From Chloroflexia bacterium (GTDB taxonomy: Bacteria; Chloroflexota; Chloroflexia; DTKN01): DNA of 64,000 nt. The stretch covers positions 631 to 64,630 of the forward strand of contig JASFBA010000099.1 of NCBI GenBank assembly GCA_036172265.1, read 5' to 3'. The notes beneath the pieces are model-generated. The model did not search any database. It was not told the DNA's origin and was given only the letters and a program-made list of their open reading frames with translations. Shown here piece by piece: positions 32,074-42,124 of this stretch. A program made the position numbers and the translations under genes. Numbering within the stretch: the stretch's first letter is position 1; every line of letters begins with the position of its first letter.

Positions 32074-32784
32074 CTACGCCTCCTTCTCGCAAGGATCAGG
32101 GGCTTCTACGGAAGCAACCTGTCCATCCCAGAGATGAACGATGCAGGAAGCAGCCTCGGCCAGATGGGGATCGTGGGTGGCCAGAAGGACGGTTTTTCCC
32201 CGCCGGTGGGCCGCCTGGAGGAGGGAGAGGACCTGCCGGCCGGAGGCGCTGTCCAGATTTCCGGTAGGCTCGTCGGCGGCGAGGAGGAGCGGGTCGTGGA
32301 CCAGAGCCCGGGCCAGGGCCACCCGTTGCTGCTCTCCGCCGGAAAGTTGGGCCGGCAGGTGGTGGGCGCGGGAAGTCAAACCCACCTCCTCGAGGGCCTG
32401 CCAGGCCCGTCGGCGCCTTTCGCTAGGCGGGAAGGTGGGGACGAGTTCCAGGGGCAATTGCACGTTCTCCAGGGCGGTCAGGGTGGGGAAGAGTTGGAAG
32501 AACTGAAAGACAATGCCCACGTATTGCCCGCGCCAGCGGGCCAGGGCCTCCTCAGAGAGCCGGTCGAGCCGCCAATCGCCGACCCAGACCTCCCCTTTCG
32601 TCGGGCGGTCCACCCCGGTGATCAGGTTGAGCAGGGTCGTCTTGCCGCTGCCCGAAGGTCCGACGATGGCGATCAAGGCCTGCCGGGGCAGGTCGAGGTT
32701 GACCTCCCGCAGGGCCGCGCAAGAGGTATCGCCCTGGGAGAAGACTTTGGATACGTTGGACAGGCGAATCCAGCCGTGCTCCAC
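32074..32784 (-). CDS. ABC transporter ATP-binding protein (LolD/FtsE/MacB-type ATPase)
   Basis: Walker [11 protein letters not shown]-loop, signature [15 protein letters not shown] and Walker [13 protein letters not shown]. Probable GTG start at 32784. The upstream 160 codons of the track ORF look non-coding. Confidence 0.75.
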   Translation of the reverse strand: MEHGWIRLSNVSKVFSQGDTSCAALREVNLDLPRQALIAIVGPSGSGKTTLLNLITGVDRPTKGEVWVGDWRLDRLSEEALARWRGQYVGIVFQFFQLFPTLTALENVQLPLELVPTFPPSERRRRAWQALEEVGLTSRAHHLPAQLSGGEQQRVALARALVHDPLLLAADEPTGNLDSASGRQVLSLLQAAHRRGKTVLLATHDPHLAEAASCIVHLWDGQVASVEAPDPCEKEA

Positions 32785-33042
32785 CGTGGCCTCCGCCGAT
32801 CGTGCTATGAGGATTATAGGGCAAGGGGAAAGCGGCGTCAACTCGCGCGATTTGACCTGTAGATTGTAAGGGACAGGGCTCCTGCCGAACCGCCGGCTTA
32901 TGCGACCCTGGAATTTGTAGGGCAACTCCCGCGGAGTTGCCCTACAAGATAAGTGGATGTCAGGGGCATCTTGACGGCTCGGCCGACATATGGTATTTTG
33001 GGAACAAGGTCGGCAAAGGTGAAACAGAAGAAAGGAAGCACG

Positions 33043-34434
33043 ATGGATCCAGATTCTCTCAGCATAAAAAGGGGCGGTCTCAAGGGATGGTGGATACTCC
33101 TGCTCCTCCTGCTCCTCCTTTCCCTCCTGGCCAACGCCCTCCTGGGGTGGATGTACGGACGCTCCGCCGCCGAAGTGCAACGGTTGCAGAGGGAGGCGAC
33201 GCAGCAGGCCCAGGAGATCGGCCGGTTGGAGGAAGAACAGGAAAAGTTGCGCCAGCAGGTTCAGCGCCTGGAGGAAAGTCACCCGGTCGCGATTGAACAG
33301 GAACTGGACCGACTGGCTCAGGAAGTGAACACCCTGCGAGGACTTTCGCTGACCGGGAAAGCAGAAAGGGAGTTTATGTCAAGAGAGCAATTGCGGACCT
33401 ATCTGGAGCAACACCTGGCCGAGGAATACCCCAAGGAGGAAGCCGAAGCGGATGCCATGCTTATGGCCCTGCTAGGGTTATTGGAGCCGGGCACCGATCT
33501 GTACCACCTCCTTTTGGACCTCTACACCGAGCAAATCGCCGGCTTCTACGATCCCAAGGCCGGCCGGATGTACCTGATCGCCGAGGCGCTGGGGCCGATG
33601 GAGAAACTGATCTTTGTCCACGAATACGTCCACGCCCTTCAGGACCGCCTCTTCGGCCTGGGAGATCAATTAGATGCTCTTAAGAAAGAGGACGACCGAA
33701 CCCTGGCTCTGGAGGCCCTGGCCGAGGGCGATGCCACCCTGCTTATGCAACAGTACCTGCTGGCCCATATGGCCGAACTGATGACCCCCGACCTCCTGAA
33801 CCAGGTCTATGGCCTCGAAACCCCTCGCTTCGATGCCGCCCCCTACGCCGTCCGACAACAACTTCTATTCCCCTACGAAGCCGGCCTCGCCTTTGTCTGG
33901 ACGCTCTACGACGCGGGCGACTGGGCCGGAGTTGACGCCGCATGGAAGGATCCACCCCGATCCACGGAGCAAATCCTGCACCCGGAACGCTATCCGGACG
34001 ACGTCCCCCGGATCGTGACCATCCCCCCGCTCACCACGACCTTGGGGGAGGACTGGCACCTGCGCGACCAGGACACGCTGGGCGAATTCATGCTCCGACT
34101 GCACCTGGAGGCCTACCTGAGCCGCGCAGAAGTGGACCGGGCCGCCACCGGCTGGGGAGGCGATCGCTACGCCCTCTACGTTCGGGAAGATGGGGAAACC
34201 TGCCTGGCCATCGTCCTACTCTGGGACGACACAAACGAGGCCGGCGAGTTTGTCGAGGCCTACCAGAAGTTGGCCGAGTCGCGCTATGGAACAACCGGAG
34301 AAGGAACCGGCACGGAGGGGATGTGGTGGGCCGGCCGGCCGGGCCTGTACCTGAGATGGCAGAAAGAGACGGTCTGGCTGGTCCTGACCTCGGAACGAAC
34401 CATTGCCGAGGCCGTGGCTCGGGAATTACGCTAA
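33043..34434 (+). CDS. putative zinc metallopeptidase (HExxH) with N-terminal membrane anchor and coiled coil
   Basis: ATG at 33043 follows AAAGGAAG. TM helix WWILLLLLLLLSLLANALLGW, then a coiled coil, then HEYVHALQ and a downstream EALAEGDA. Confidence 0.6.
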   Translation: MDPDSLSIKRGGLKGWWILLLLLLLLSLLANALLGWMYGRSAAEVQRLQREATQQAQEIGRLEEEQEKLRQQVQRLEESHPVAIEQELDRLAQEVNTLRGLSLTGKAEREFMSREQLRTYLEQHLAEEYPKEEAEADAMLMALLGLLEPGTDLYHLLLDLYTEQIAGFYDPKAGRMYLIAEALGPMEKLIFVHEYVHALQDRLFGLGDQLDALKKEDDRTLALEALAEGDATLLMQQYLLAHMAELMTPDLLNQVYGLETPRFDAAPYAVRQQLLFPYEAGLAFVWTLYDAGDWAGVDAAWKDPPRSTEQILHPERYPDDVPRIVTIPPLTTTLGEDWHLRDQDTLGEFMLRLHLEAYLSRAEVDRAATGWGGDRYALYVREDGETCLAIVLLWDDTNEAGEFVEAYQKLAESRYGTTGEGTGTEGMWWAGRPGLYLRWQKETVWLVLTSERTIAEAVARELR

Positions 34435-34495
34435 GAGCCTTTCCGAATCGCGCGCCGGAACAGAGTATAATAGAATATCGAAGCAGGAGTCTCCT

Positions 34496-34999
34496 ATGCT
34501 CAACTGGCACCTCTTGGCCGAACGAAGGATCCTGGCGGCGATGGAACGGGGGGAATTCGATAACCTCCCCGGACGCGGCCGGCCGCTCCAATGGCGGGAG
34601 AATCCGCTCGTCCCGCCGGACTGGCGGCTGGCCTTCGACCTTTTGGCGCGGGCCGGCCTGGCCCCCGAGTGGATTATGCGCCAGGCCGAAATCCGCGCCG
34701 ACCTCTCTGCCCTCCGGGAACGCTACGCCCAGGAAAGGTGCTGGATGGAAGAACGCCGGGTTATCCTGGCCGCCATGCCGCCAGAGGAGCAACTTCAAGA
34801 GCAGGAATACCTGCGCCAGGCCCAGGCTCGTTCATGGCAACAGATCCGGGACTTGATCCAACGGCTCAACCGCAAGATCGCCGACTTCAACCTGCTTGTG
34901 CCCATCGTACGCCTCCAGTACCCGCCGCTGGACCTGGCCGAGGAATACAAGAGGCTGCAGGCAGCCTGGGGAACGCTGGATACGGAGGAGACGGAATGA
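34496..34999 (+). CDS. DUF1992 (DnaJ subfamily C member 28-like) domain protein
   Basis: ATG at 34496 follows AGGAGT and a TATAAT-like box. The N-terminus AERRILAAMERGEFDNLPGRGRPL is typical of DUF1992. Confidence 0.6.
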   Translation: MLNWHLLAERRILAAMERGEFDNLPGRGRPLQWRENPLVPPDWRLAFDLLARAGLAPEWIMRQAEIRADLSALRERYAQERCWMEERRVILAAMPPEEQLQEQEYLRQAQARSWQQIRDLIQRLNRKIADFNLLVPIVRLQYPPLDLAEEYKRLQAAWGTLDTEETE

Positions 35000-35730
35000 A
35001 AGCCATCATCCTGGCCGGAGGAAAGGGCGAACGCTTGCGCCCTTACACGAACGACCGCCCCAAGGGCATGGTGGAGATTCTGGGTGTGCCCCTCCTGGCC
35101 TACCAGGTACGCTGGCTGCGGGCCAACGGCATCGAGGGCATCCTTTTCTCCTGCGGCTACCGCTACGAGGTCATCCGTAACTACTTCGGCGATGGCTCTC
35201 GCTGGGGATTGGCCATCGAGTATGTGGTCGAAGAAACGCCGCTGGGCCGGGGCGGCGGGATGAAACTGGCCTTCTCCCACCTTTCGCCGGAGGACGACCC
35301 GGTCGTGGTGACCAACGGCGACGTCATCACCAACTTTCCCCTGCGGCAGATGATCGCCGAGCACCGGGCCTCCGGGGCTATGGGCACGATCTACCTGGCT
35401 CCTTACTTCAGCCCCTTTGGCATCGTCGAGGTAGATGCAGAGCAGCGGGTACTTGGCTTCCAGGAGAAGCCGGAACTCCCTTACTGGATCAACGGCGGCG
35501 TTTACGTCCTCAACCGGGCCATCTATGACTTCCTGCCCGATCGGGGCGACCACGAGATAGAGACCTTCCCCCTCCTGGCCCGGCGCGGCCAGTTACGGGC
35601 CTTTTGCTCCCGGGCCTACTGGCAATCGGTGGATACGGTCAAGGACCTCTCCACAACCAGTCGGGAACTGGAGCAGTTTATGATGGAGGCCTTTCTTTCG
35701 CAAGGGGAAGTGCCCCGGTCCGCCCGATGA
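34996..35730 (+). CDS. sugar-phosphate nucleotidyltransferase (mannose-1-phosphate guanylyltransferase-like)
   Basis: MKAIILAGGKGERLRPYT G-rich NTP-transferase motif. 4-bp ATGA overlap with the previous gene. Confidence 0.8.
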   Translation: MKAIILAGGKGERLRPYTNDRPKGMVEILGVPLLAYQVRWLRANGIEGILFSCGYRYEVIRNYFGDGSRWGLAIEYVVEETPLGRGGGMKLAFSHLSPEDDPVVVTNGDVITNFPLRQMIAEHRASGAMGTIYLAPYFSPFGIVEVDAEQRVLGFQEKPELPYWINGGVYVLNRAIYDFLPDRGDHEIETFPLLARRGQLRAFCSRAYWQSVDTVKDLSTTSRELEQFMMEAFLSQGEVPRSAR

Positions 35731-36932
35731 GTAGCCGTCCACGAGCGATCCTCAAACCGGGCCGCGAGAAATCGGTCCGGCAGCGCCATCCTTGGGTCTT
35801 TTCCGGGGCCATCGCCTCCGTAGAAGGCGTTCCCTCTCCCGGCGAGGTCGTGGAAGTTGTGGATGCCTCCGGCCGCTTCCTGGCCCGCGGCGGCTATAGC
35901 CCCCGTTCTCAGATACGGGTCCGCCTCTGCACCTGGGATGCAGACGAAGCCGTGGACCGGGATTTCCTGCACCGACGCCTGGAACGGGCCCTTGCCGGCC
36001 GCCTGGCCCTGGAAAATGACCCGACCACCACCGCTTACCGCCTGGTGCATGCCGAATCCGACGGTCTCCCCGGGGTTATCGTGGACCGCTATGGCCCCTA
36101 CCTAGTGCTGCAACTCTTGTCCTGGGGAGCCGAGGTCTGGCGGGAAGACCTGGTGGCGCTCCTGGCCGAGCAGTATACCCCCCGGGGTATCTACGAACGC
36201 AGCGAGGCCGTCATCCGCCGCTTGGAAGGGCTTCCTCCTCGTCCGAGCGGCCTTCTCTGGGGTGAGGAGCCGCCGGAACGGGTGGAAGTTTGGGAGGGCG
36301 GTCGATCCTTCCTGGTGGACATCCGCCGTGGTCAGAAAACAGGGGCCTATTTGGACCAGCGGGAGAATCGCCTGCGGGTGGCTCCTCTTTGCGCGGGGAA
36401 AGAGGTGTTGGACGTTTTCACCTACAGCGGCTGGTTCGCCGTCCACGCCGCTGCTTGTGGAGCCGTCTCGGTGGTGGGATTGGACTCCTCAGCCGAGGCA
36501 CTGGAGTTGGCCCGGGAGAACGCCCGTCGAAACGGGGTGGAGGAACACACCTCGTGGGAGGAAGGTGATGCCTTTGCTGTGCTACGGGAATGGCGGGCGG
36601 CCGGCCGTTCCTTCGACGTGGTCATTCTGGACCCACCCAAGTTCGCCGCCCGCACCTCCCAGGTGACGGCCGCCACTCGGGGCTACAAGGACATCAACAT
36701 GTTGGGGATGCACCTCCTGCGCCCCGGCGGGTTGCTCGTGACCTTTTCCTGCTCCGGGCTGGTCAGTGCCGAACTCTTCCAGAAGGTCGTCTTTGGGGCC
36801 GCTCTGGACGCCGGCCGGGAGGTGCAGATTCTGGCCCGCCTCTTCCAGGGAGAAGACCACCCGGTGCTGCTCACCTTCCCGGAGGGAGCCTACTTGAAGG
36901 GGCTTCTCTGTCGAGTTTGGGCATCCAGATAA
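35727..36932 (+). CDS. rlmI: class I SAM-dependent rRNA (cytosine-C5) methyltransferase RlmI-like
   Basis: PUA-like N-terminus and SAM motifs (VLDVFTYSGWFAVHAA, VVILDPPKFA). ATGA overlap with the upstream gene. Confidence 0.75.
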   Translation: MSSRPRAILKPGREKSVRQRHPWVFSGAIASVEGVPSPGEVVEVVDASGRFLARGGYSPRSQIRVRLCTWDADEAVDRDFLHRRLERALAGRLALENDPTTTAYRLVHAESDGLPGVIVDRYGPYLVLQLLSWGAEVWREDLVALLAEQYTPRGIYERSEAVIRRLEGLPPRPSGLLWGEEPPERVEVWEGGRSFLVDIRRGQKTGAYLDQRENRLRVAPLCAGKEVLDVFTYSGWFAVHAAACGAVSVVGLDSSAEALELARENARRNGVEEHTSWEEGDAFAVLREWRAAGRSFDVVILDPPKFAARTSQVTAATRGYKDINMLGMHLLRPGGLLVTFSCSGLVSAELFQKVVFGAALDAGREVQILARLFQGEDHPVLLTFPEGAYLKGLLCRVWASR

Positions 36933-37336
36933 CTCTGTAGCACCAACGCTGCCGCCACCGCGTCGCGGCGTTCCCGACGGCGCTTTCGGCCCATACCGCT
37001 TTCCCGCAGGTTGCGCTCGGCGGCCACGGTGCTCAGCCGTTCATCCCATAGTTCGACCGGGACATCCAGCCGGGCTTGCAGACCCCCGACCCAACCCCGT
37101 ACCCGGGCCGCTTCCTCCCCCTCCGAACCGTCCAAATGGAGGGGCAGGCCCACGATGATGCGGACGACCCCGTACTCCTCAACCCAGGCGCAAACCTCCT
37201 CCCATCCCTCCTTCGTCCCCCGGAGTTCGATCACGCCCAGCGGCGAGGCCAGTAACCCCGAGGGGTCGCTCAGAGCGGCCCCGATGCGGCGCCGGCCCAC
37301 GTCCAGCCCCAGCAGGCGGGTATATGCCTTCATCAC
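36890..37336 (-). CDS. ruvX: Holliday junction resolvase-like RuvX/YqgF
   Basis: LLGLDVGRRRIGAALSD N-terminus and 148-aa length match the YqgF RNase H-fold family. Confidence 0.85.
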   Translation of the reverse strand: MMKAYTRLLGLDVGRRRIGAALSDPSGLLASPLGVIELRGTKEGWEEVCAWVEEYGVVRIIVGLPLHLDGSEGEEAARVRGWVGGLQARLDVPVELWDERLSTVAAERNLRESGMGRKRRRERRDAVAAALVLQSYLDAQTRQRSPFK

Positions 37337-39285
37337 TTGTAGCCGCTGATATCCACCACCTGGATGCCGCCCAGGCTGGGCAGGAAATCCAGCACCGGGC
37401 TGATGGCGTAATCGGCGATGCGGTCGCGGTAACTTTCCAAGATCCGCCGGGCCTCCTGGTAACTCTTTCCCCGCAACCGGCCGGCGATCTCCGCCTTCAA
37501 CCCCTCGTCAATGCGGTTCAGGATGGGGACGGTAGCCACGGTGCGGTAGGTCCAAGTATTGCCCGGACCCGGCCCCATCGCCTCCAGCGGGCCGTAGGTC
37601 ACCGTGCCGATCTCCTGGCCGGCCTTCTGGCCACCCATCCTTTGCTCGACCGCGGTCTCCACGGCTTTCCCCAGTAAGGCGGGGACACTGGCCAACGCAG
37701 AAGCACGCACCTTGGCCCGAAGCACGAGCGTCTTGGCCTCGCCGCCGACGGACTGGCTGAAGGTCTCCTCCAAGGTCTCGATCTGGAGCGTCCCGCTGAG
37801 CACCTCCAGCCCGCTCACTTTGGCCTGGAGTTCGCTATAGGCCTCTTGCCGCAAGGCGCTCAGGAGGTGTTCTCGCAGCCGGGCCTGGTCCTCGGCCGTA
37901 ACGGTGGAAGCGAGGCGCTCCGAACCGCCGGTTGTGGCCTCGCTGTTCTCCACCGTAAGACAACAGGACAGGTTCCCCTCGATCACGCCGATGGCCCCGG
38001 CCGGCACGTTCCCGGCGCTTCCCGGCACCTCGGCGATGATGCTCACCCGACCCTTGCCCAAGTAGGCATCTTCTCCACGAAAATCCGAACCCGGTACCCA
38101 GACATCCTGGGTAGTGCGAAAGGTGGCCCCGCCCCCGGAAAGGCGTGTCCCGGCCGGGACGTTGATGCCGTACTCGGTTAGGTTGACAAAAACGACCATG
38201 CCTGTAGCCGTCCCCTCCGCAATCCAGGTTTCTCCGGTGGTCGAGATGGCCTCGGAGCCCTCCAGTTCAACCTGCACCGCCTTGGCCGAGATGGACACCT
38301 CCCCGCCTTCCACCCGGGGGACGACCTGGACACCCTTGGGGGCGAGCGTATCGGTCAGGGCGATGGTCAGAACGATGTCCATCTTCTGCTCCTCTGCCTG
38401 CAAGGGGGTCAAAGCGACGGTAACCTGGGGCAGGGAGAAGAAGTAGAGAGCGATGAGGAGAAGGGTGAAACCGAAGGTGGCCAGGAGCGAGATCAGGTAG
38501 TAGCGCAACTTGCGCTGGCGCAGGAGTCGCCTTTCCTCGACGGTAGGAGCGCGGGGAGCGGCCACGGCCGGCGCCTCCTCGGCGACGACGCCGGCCTTTG
38601 CACGCGGCTGGAAGCGGGAGGCTACCCGAAGGAAGAGGCTGACTACGGCGATATAGATGTTCGCCAGAGCGCCGGCCAGCGGTTCCAGAAGAAAACCCAG
38701 GGGAGAGGGCTTGCGCCGCGGCCTTTCTCGGGGCACGGCCGGCCGCTCCGGAAGAGCCACAGCCTCTACCACCGGGGCCGGGGCAGGCGTCGGCCGGGCA
38801 AAGGCCTCCCGGCGCAGTTCCACATCCTCGGTGCGCGACATGCTCTCCAGGGCCTCGAAGAGGGCCAGATCCGCTTCCGAAAGGCCGGCCGGCACGGCCT
38901 CCTCCCGCCCGACTTCCTCCTCGACAACGGGAGGGGCGCCTACCCCGGCCGGCTCCGGCGGCCGGGTGGAAACGACGATGCGCGGCAGTTCCGGCGGGGG
39001 CACGACCTCCCGCGGGCGTACCTCCTGATCCACCCGCACTACCTCAAAGCGGCACACCCGGGCCAGGTCGCAGGTCCTTTCATCGGTCGAATAGACCGTA
39101 ACATCGATGCCGGTGATGTCGCAGGCCTTGCGTAGCATAGTAAAGCCGCCCAAGGTCTGCAGGGCCCGGTTGCCGGATGGGACGATCAGATTGATCTTCT
39201 TGCCCTTGGCCCGCCGGACCTTTTCCAGGATCGCTTCGTTATCGTCTTCCGGCAGGAGGGTAACCGTTACCGTCTCCTCGGACAT
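37333..39285 (-). CDS. hypothetical single-pass membrane protein (cytoplasmic N-domain, Pro-rich linker, large extracytoplasmic domain)
   Basis: 650-aa ORF. Its stop overlaps the ruvX start, suggesting an alaS-X-ruvX operon. One TM helix (LRYYLISLLATFGFTLLLIALYFF). No confident family assignment. Confidence 0.5.
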   Translation of the reverse strand: MSEETVTVTLLPEDDNEAILEKVRRAKGKKINLIVPSGNRALQTLGGFTMLRKACDITGIDVTVYSTDERTCDLARVCRFEVVRVDQEVRPREVVPPPELPRIVVSTRPPEPAGVGAPPVVEEEVGREEAVPAGLSEADLALFEALESMSRTEDVELRREAFARPTPAPAPVVEAVALPERPAVPRERPRRKPSPLGFLLEPLAGALANIYIAVVSLFLRVASRFQPRAKAGVVAEEAPAVAAPRAPTVEERRLLRQRKLRYYLISLLATFGFTLLLIALYFFSLPQVTVALTPLQAEEQKMDIVLTIALTDTLAPKGVQVVPRVEGGEVSISAKAVQVELEGSEAISTTGETWIAEGTATGMVVFVNLTEYGINVPAGTRLSGGGATFRTTQDVWVPGSDFRGEDAYLGKGRVSIIAEVPGSAGNVPAGAIGVIEGNLSCCLTVENSEATTGGSERLASTVTAEDQARLREHLLSALRQEAYSELQAKVSGLEVLSGTLQIETLEETFSQSVGGEAKTLVLRAKVRASALASVPALLGKAVETAVEQRMGGQKAGQEIGTVTYGPLEAMGPGPGNTWTYRTVATVPILNRIDEGLKAEIAGRLRGKSYQEARRILESYRDRIADYAISPVLDFLPSLGGIQVVDISGYK

Positions 39286-39349
39286 CGTTTTTCCTCCTAA
39301 CGCTCTGCGGCTGGGAAGGCCGATCCCCAGGGCACAACAAATTGCGCCC

Positions 39350-42016
39350 CTACGGATGCCGGCCTGTCCGCATCAGGTGACCCACCTGGGAAAGCGCCTC
39401 CTCCAGACGTTCGGGAAAGCGCCCGCCGCCCTGGGCCATCTCCGGCCGGCCGCCGCCGGTCCCGCCGACGACCTCGGCCACCCGGCGCACCAGGTGGCCG
39501 GCGTGATACCCTTTTGCCACCAGGTCCGGGGTAACCATCGCCACCAGCCGGGCCTGGCCTTCGATCACCGTGGCCAGGACAACGACGGCCGAGCCCAGAC
39601 GTTCTCGCAGAACATCGCCCATCTCCCGCAAGCGGGCTACATCGGGCAGGTCCACCTGAGCGGCGAGGACCTGGACGCCGTCCACCACCTGGACCTGTCC
39701 CAGGAGCCGTTCCAGTTGGGATTGGGCCAGTCTCCGCTGCAGAGCGACGATCTCCTGCTCGCGCTCTCGACTTTCCTCCAGCAAATTGCGCAGGCGTTCC
39801 TCCAGGCGCTCCGGTGGGACGCCCAACGGGGCGGCCAGTTCCTGGAGGCGACGCACCTGCCGCCGGGCCCAGGCGACGGCTTCCCGCCCGGTCACAGCCT
39901 CGATACGCCGCAGGCCGGCCCCGATGCTACTTTCGCTCAGGATGAAAAAGGCCCCGATCTCGCCGGTGTGGCGCACATGCGTGCCACCGCACAACTCGCG
40001 GGAAAAGACGGCCTCCCCGTCCTCGATGCCGATCATCCGCACCGTCTCCCCGTACTTTTCCCCAAAGAGGGCGATGGCACCCTGGCGCAGGGCTTCGTCC
40101 CTGGGGAGCACGTGGGGGCAGACCGGCCAATCCGCCCGGATGGCGGCGTTGACCTGTCGTTCGACCTCCTCCAGTTCTTCGGCCGTCATCGCCCGCAGGT
40201 GGGAGAAGTCGAAGCGCAGGTAGTCAGGGGCAACCAGGGAACCGGATTGGAGGGCGTGCTCGCCCAGCACCCGGCGCAGGGCACGGTGCAGGAGGTGGGT
40301 AGCGGTGTGGTTGCGGGCGATATCGGCACGGCGCTCGGCATCCACCTCGGCCTGCACCATCTCGCCCTCCTCCAGGTAGCCTTCACCTACCTGGCCGATA
40401 TGCACCACCAGGTCGGGGATGGGACGTCGGGTGTCCTCCACGATGAAGCGGCCGTGGGGACCGGTAAGCACGCCGGTATCGCCGACCTGGCCGCCCGATT
40501 CGGCGTAGAAGGGGGTGCGTTCCAGGATGACCTCCAGCCGTTCGCCGGCCGAGGCCCGCCGCACCCGTTCGCCGTTGCTCAGGAGGGCCAGGAGGCGGCT
40601 TTCGTCACGGGTAGTTTCGTAGCCGGTGAAGGTGGTGGGAAGAAGGCCCAGATCGCGGTAGCGGCCGGCCTCCGCCATCGCTTCCGTTCCGGCGGCTTCG
40701 CCCCGGCTGACCGCCTGATGGCGAGCAACGGCCTCCTGGAAGCCGGCCTCGTCCACCTCCACACCGTGCTGTCGGGTGATGAGGCGGGTCAGGTCCAGCG
40801 GGTAGCCGTAGGTCGCATAGAGTTCGAAGGCGGCCTCGCCGGGGAGGACGGCTTCTGCCAGGCCTTCCAGGATCGTTTCCAGCCGGTTCAAGCCGGCCTC
40901 CAGGGTACGCCCAAAGCGCTCCTCTTCGTCGGCAATGACTTCCAGGATAAAGGTTTCCTTCTCCGCCAGGTGGGGGTAAGCCGGGGACAGGATGGAAATT
41001 GCCACCCGGGCCGGTTCACCCAGGAAGGGGCCGGAAAAACCCAGGAGCCGGCCCTGGTAGACGGCCCGGCGCAGGATACGGCGGAGGATAGAGTTGCGGC
41101 CCAGGTTGCCCGGCAGCACCCCGTCGGCGATCATATTGACCACGGCGCGGCTGTGGTCGGCTACGGCACGGTAGGGGGCGATATGGCGGGCACGCTCCTC
41201 GTCGCCATGGCCGAGCATTTCCTGGAGGCGTTGGATAATCGGCAGGAAGAGGTCGGTATCGTAGTTGGAGGGCACGTCCTGGAGGGCAGCCAGGAGGCGT
41301 TCCAGGCCGGCTCCGGTATCCACGCTGGGGCGGGGGAGGGGGACGATGCTTCCATCGGCGCGGATTTCAAACTGCATAAAGACCAGGTTCCAGAGTTCGA
41401 TCCAGCGGCCGCAATCGCAGCGGGGGTCGCAGTTCACCTGGGGGTCGCGCAGGCAATGGCCGGCGAGGTCGTAGTGGATTTCGGAGCAGGGGCCGCAGGG
41501 TCCTACATCGGCCATCTGCCAGAAGTTATCTTTCCGGCCCAGGCGCAGGATCTTCTCCTGGGGAAAGCCGGCCACTTCCTGCCAGAGACGGGCCGCCTCC
41601 TCGTCGGGCGCAAACTGCTCGTCGCCCCCGAAGACGGTGGGGCGGAGGCGTTCGGGAGAGAGGCCGTAGTCGTGGGTAAGGAGTTCCCAGGCCAGAGCGA
41701 TGGCCTCGGCCTTGAAGTAATCGCCGAAGGAAAAATTGCCCAGCATTTCGAAGAAGGTGTGGTGGCGAGGCGAGGGGCCGACCTCCTCCAGGTCATTATG
41801 TTTTCCGGAGACGCGCAGGCAACGCTGGACGGTGGTGGCGCGGCTGTAGGGGCGCTTCTCCAGGCCCAGGAAGACATCTTTGAACTGGTTCATGCCGGCG
41901 TTGGTGAAGAGGAGGGTGGGGTCCTGGGCCGGCACCAGCGAAGAGCCCGGCACCACTGTATGGCCGTGGCGGGCGAAAAAGTCGAGAAAGGAGCGACGCA
42001 GTTGGTGGCTGTCCAT
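39350..42016 (-). CDS. alaS: alanine--tRNA ligase
   Basis: 888 aa with the class II core FTNAGMNQFK and HHTFFEMLGNFSFGDYFK, and an editing domain. Confidence 0.95.
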   Translation of the reverse strand: MDSHQLRRSFLDFFARHGHTVVPGSSLVPAQDPTLLFTNAGMNQFKDVFLGLEKRPYSRATTVQRCLRVSGKHNDLEEVGPSPRHHTFFEMLGNFSFGDYFKAEAIALAWELLTHDYGLSPERLRPTVFGGDEQFAPDEEAARLWQEVAGFPQEKILRLGRKDNFWQMADVGPCGPCSEIHYDLAGHCLRDPQVNCDPRCDCGRWIELWNLVFMQFEIRADGSIVPLPRPSVDTGAGLERLLAALQDVPSNYDTDLFLPIIQRLQEMLGHGDEERARHIAPYRAVADHSRAVVNMIADGVLPGNLGRNSILRRILRRAVYQGRLLGFSGPFLGEPARVAISILSPAYPHLAEKETFILEVIADEEERFGRTLEAGLNRLETILEGLAEAVLPGEAAFELYATYGYPLDLTRLITRQHGVEVDEAGFQEAVARHQAVSRGEAAGTEAMAEAGRYRDLGLLPTTFTGYETTRDESRLLALLSNGERVRRASAGERLEVILERTPFYAESGGQVGDTGVLTGPHGRFIVEDTRRPIPDLVVHIGQVGEGYLEEGEMVQAEVDAERRADIARNHTATHLLHRALRRVLGEHALQSGSLVAPDYLRFDFSHLRAMTAEELEEVERQVNAAIRADWPVCPHVLPRDEALRQGAIALFGEKYGETVRMIGIEDGEAVFSRELCGGTHVRHTGEIGAFFILSESSIGAGLRRIEAVTGREAVAWARRQVRRLQELAAPLGVPPERLEERLRNLLEESREREQEIVALQRRLAQSQLERLLGQVQVVDGVQVLAAQVDLPDVARLREMGDVLRERLGSAVVVLATVIEGQARLVAMVTPDLVAKGYHAGHLVRRVAEVVGGTGGGRPEMAQGGGRFPERLEEALSQVGHLMRTGRHP

Positions 42017-42045
42017 AGCAATTTCACTCCAGTTCGTTTGATATC

Positions 42046-42074
42046 ATTATAATACAATCGTGGGGGGCTGTCAA
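42046..42074 (-). promoter_or_regulatory. consensus sigma-A promoter for alaS (minus strand)
   Basis: Read on the minus strand: TTGACA, 17 bp, TATAAT. RBS GGAGTG lies 8 nt before the ATG at 42016. Confidence 0.5.
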
Positions 42075-42095
42075 TTATGGCGAAGGTCGGCCTGT

Positions 42096-42124
42096 TTGAA
42101 AAAATCCGCCTCTGGTGCTATAAT
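42096..42124 (+). promoter_or_regulatory. sigma-A promoter for the M42 peptidase gene pair
   Basis: TTGAAA (42096-42101), 17 bp, TGcTATAAT (42116-42124). Confidence 0.45.

Noticed and set aside
32785-33282. N-terminal 160-codon extension of the ABC ATPase ORF
   Set aside because: Walker A lies about 35 aa after an internal GTG preceded by an alanine-rich stretch. The extension overlaps the divergent promoter region of the HExxH gene and has no ABC-ATPase homology.
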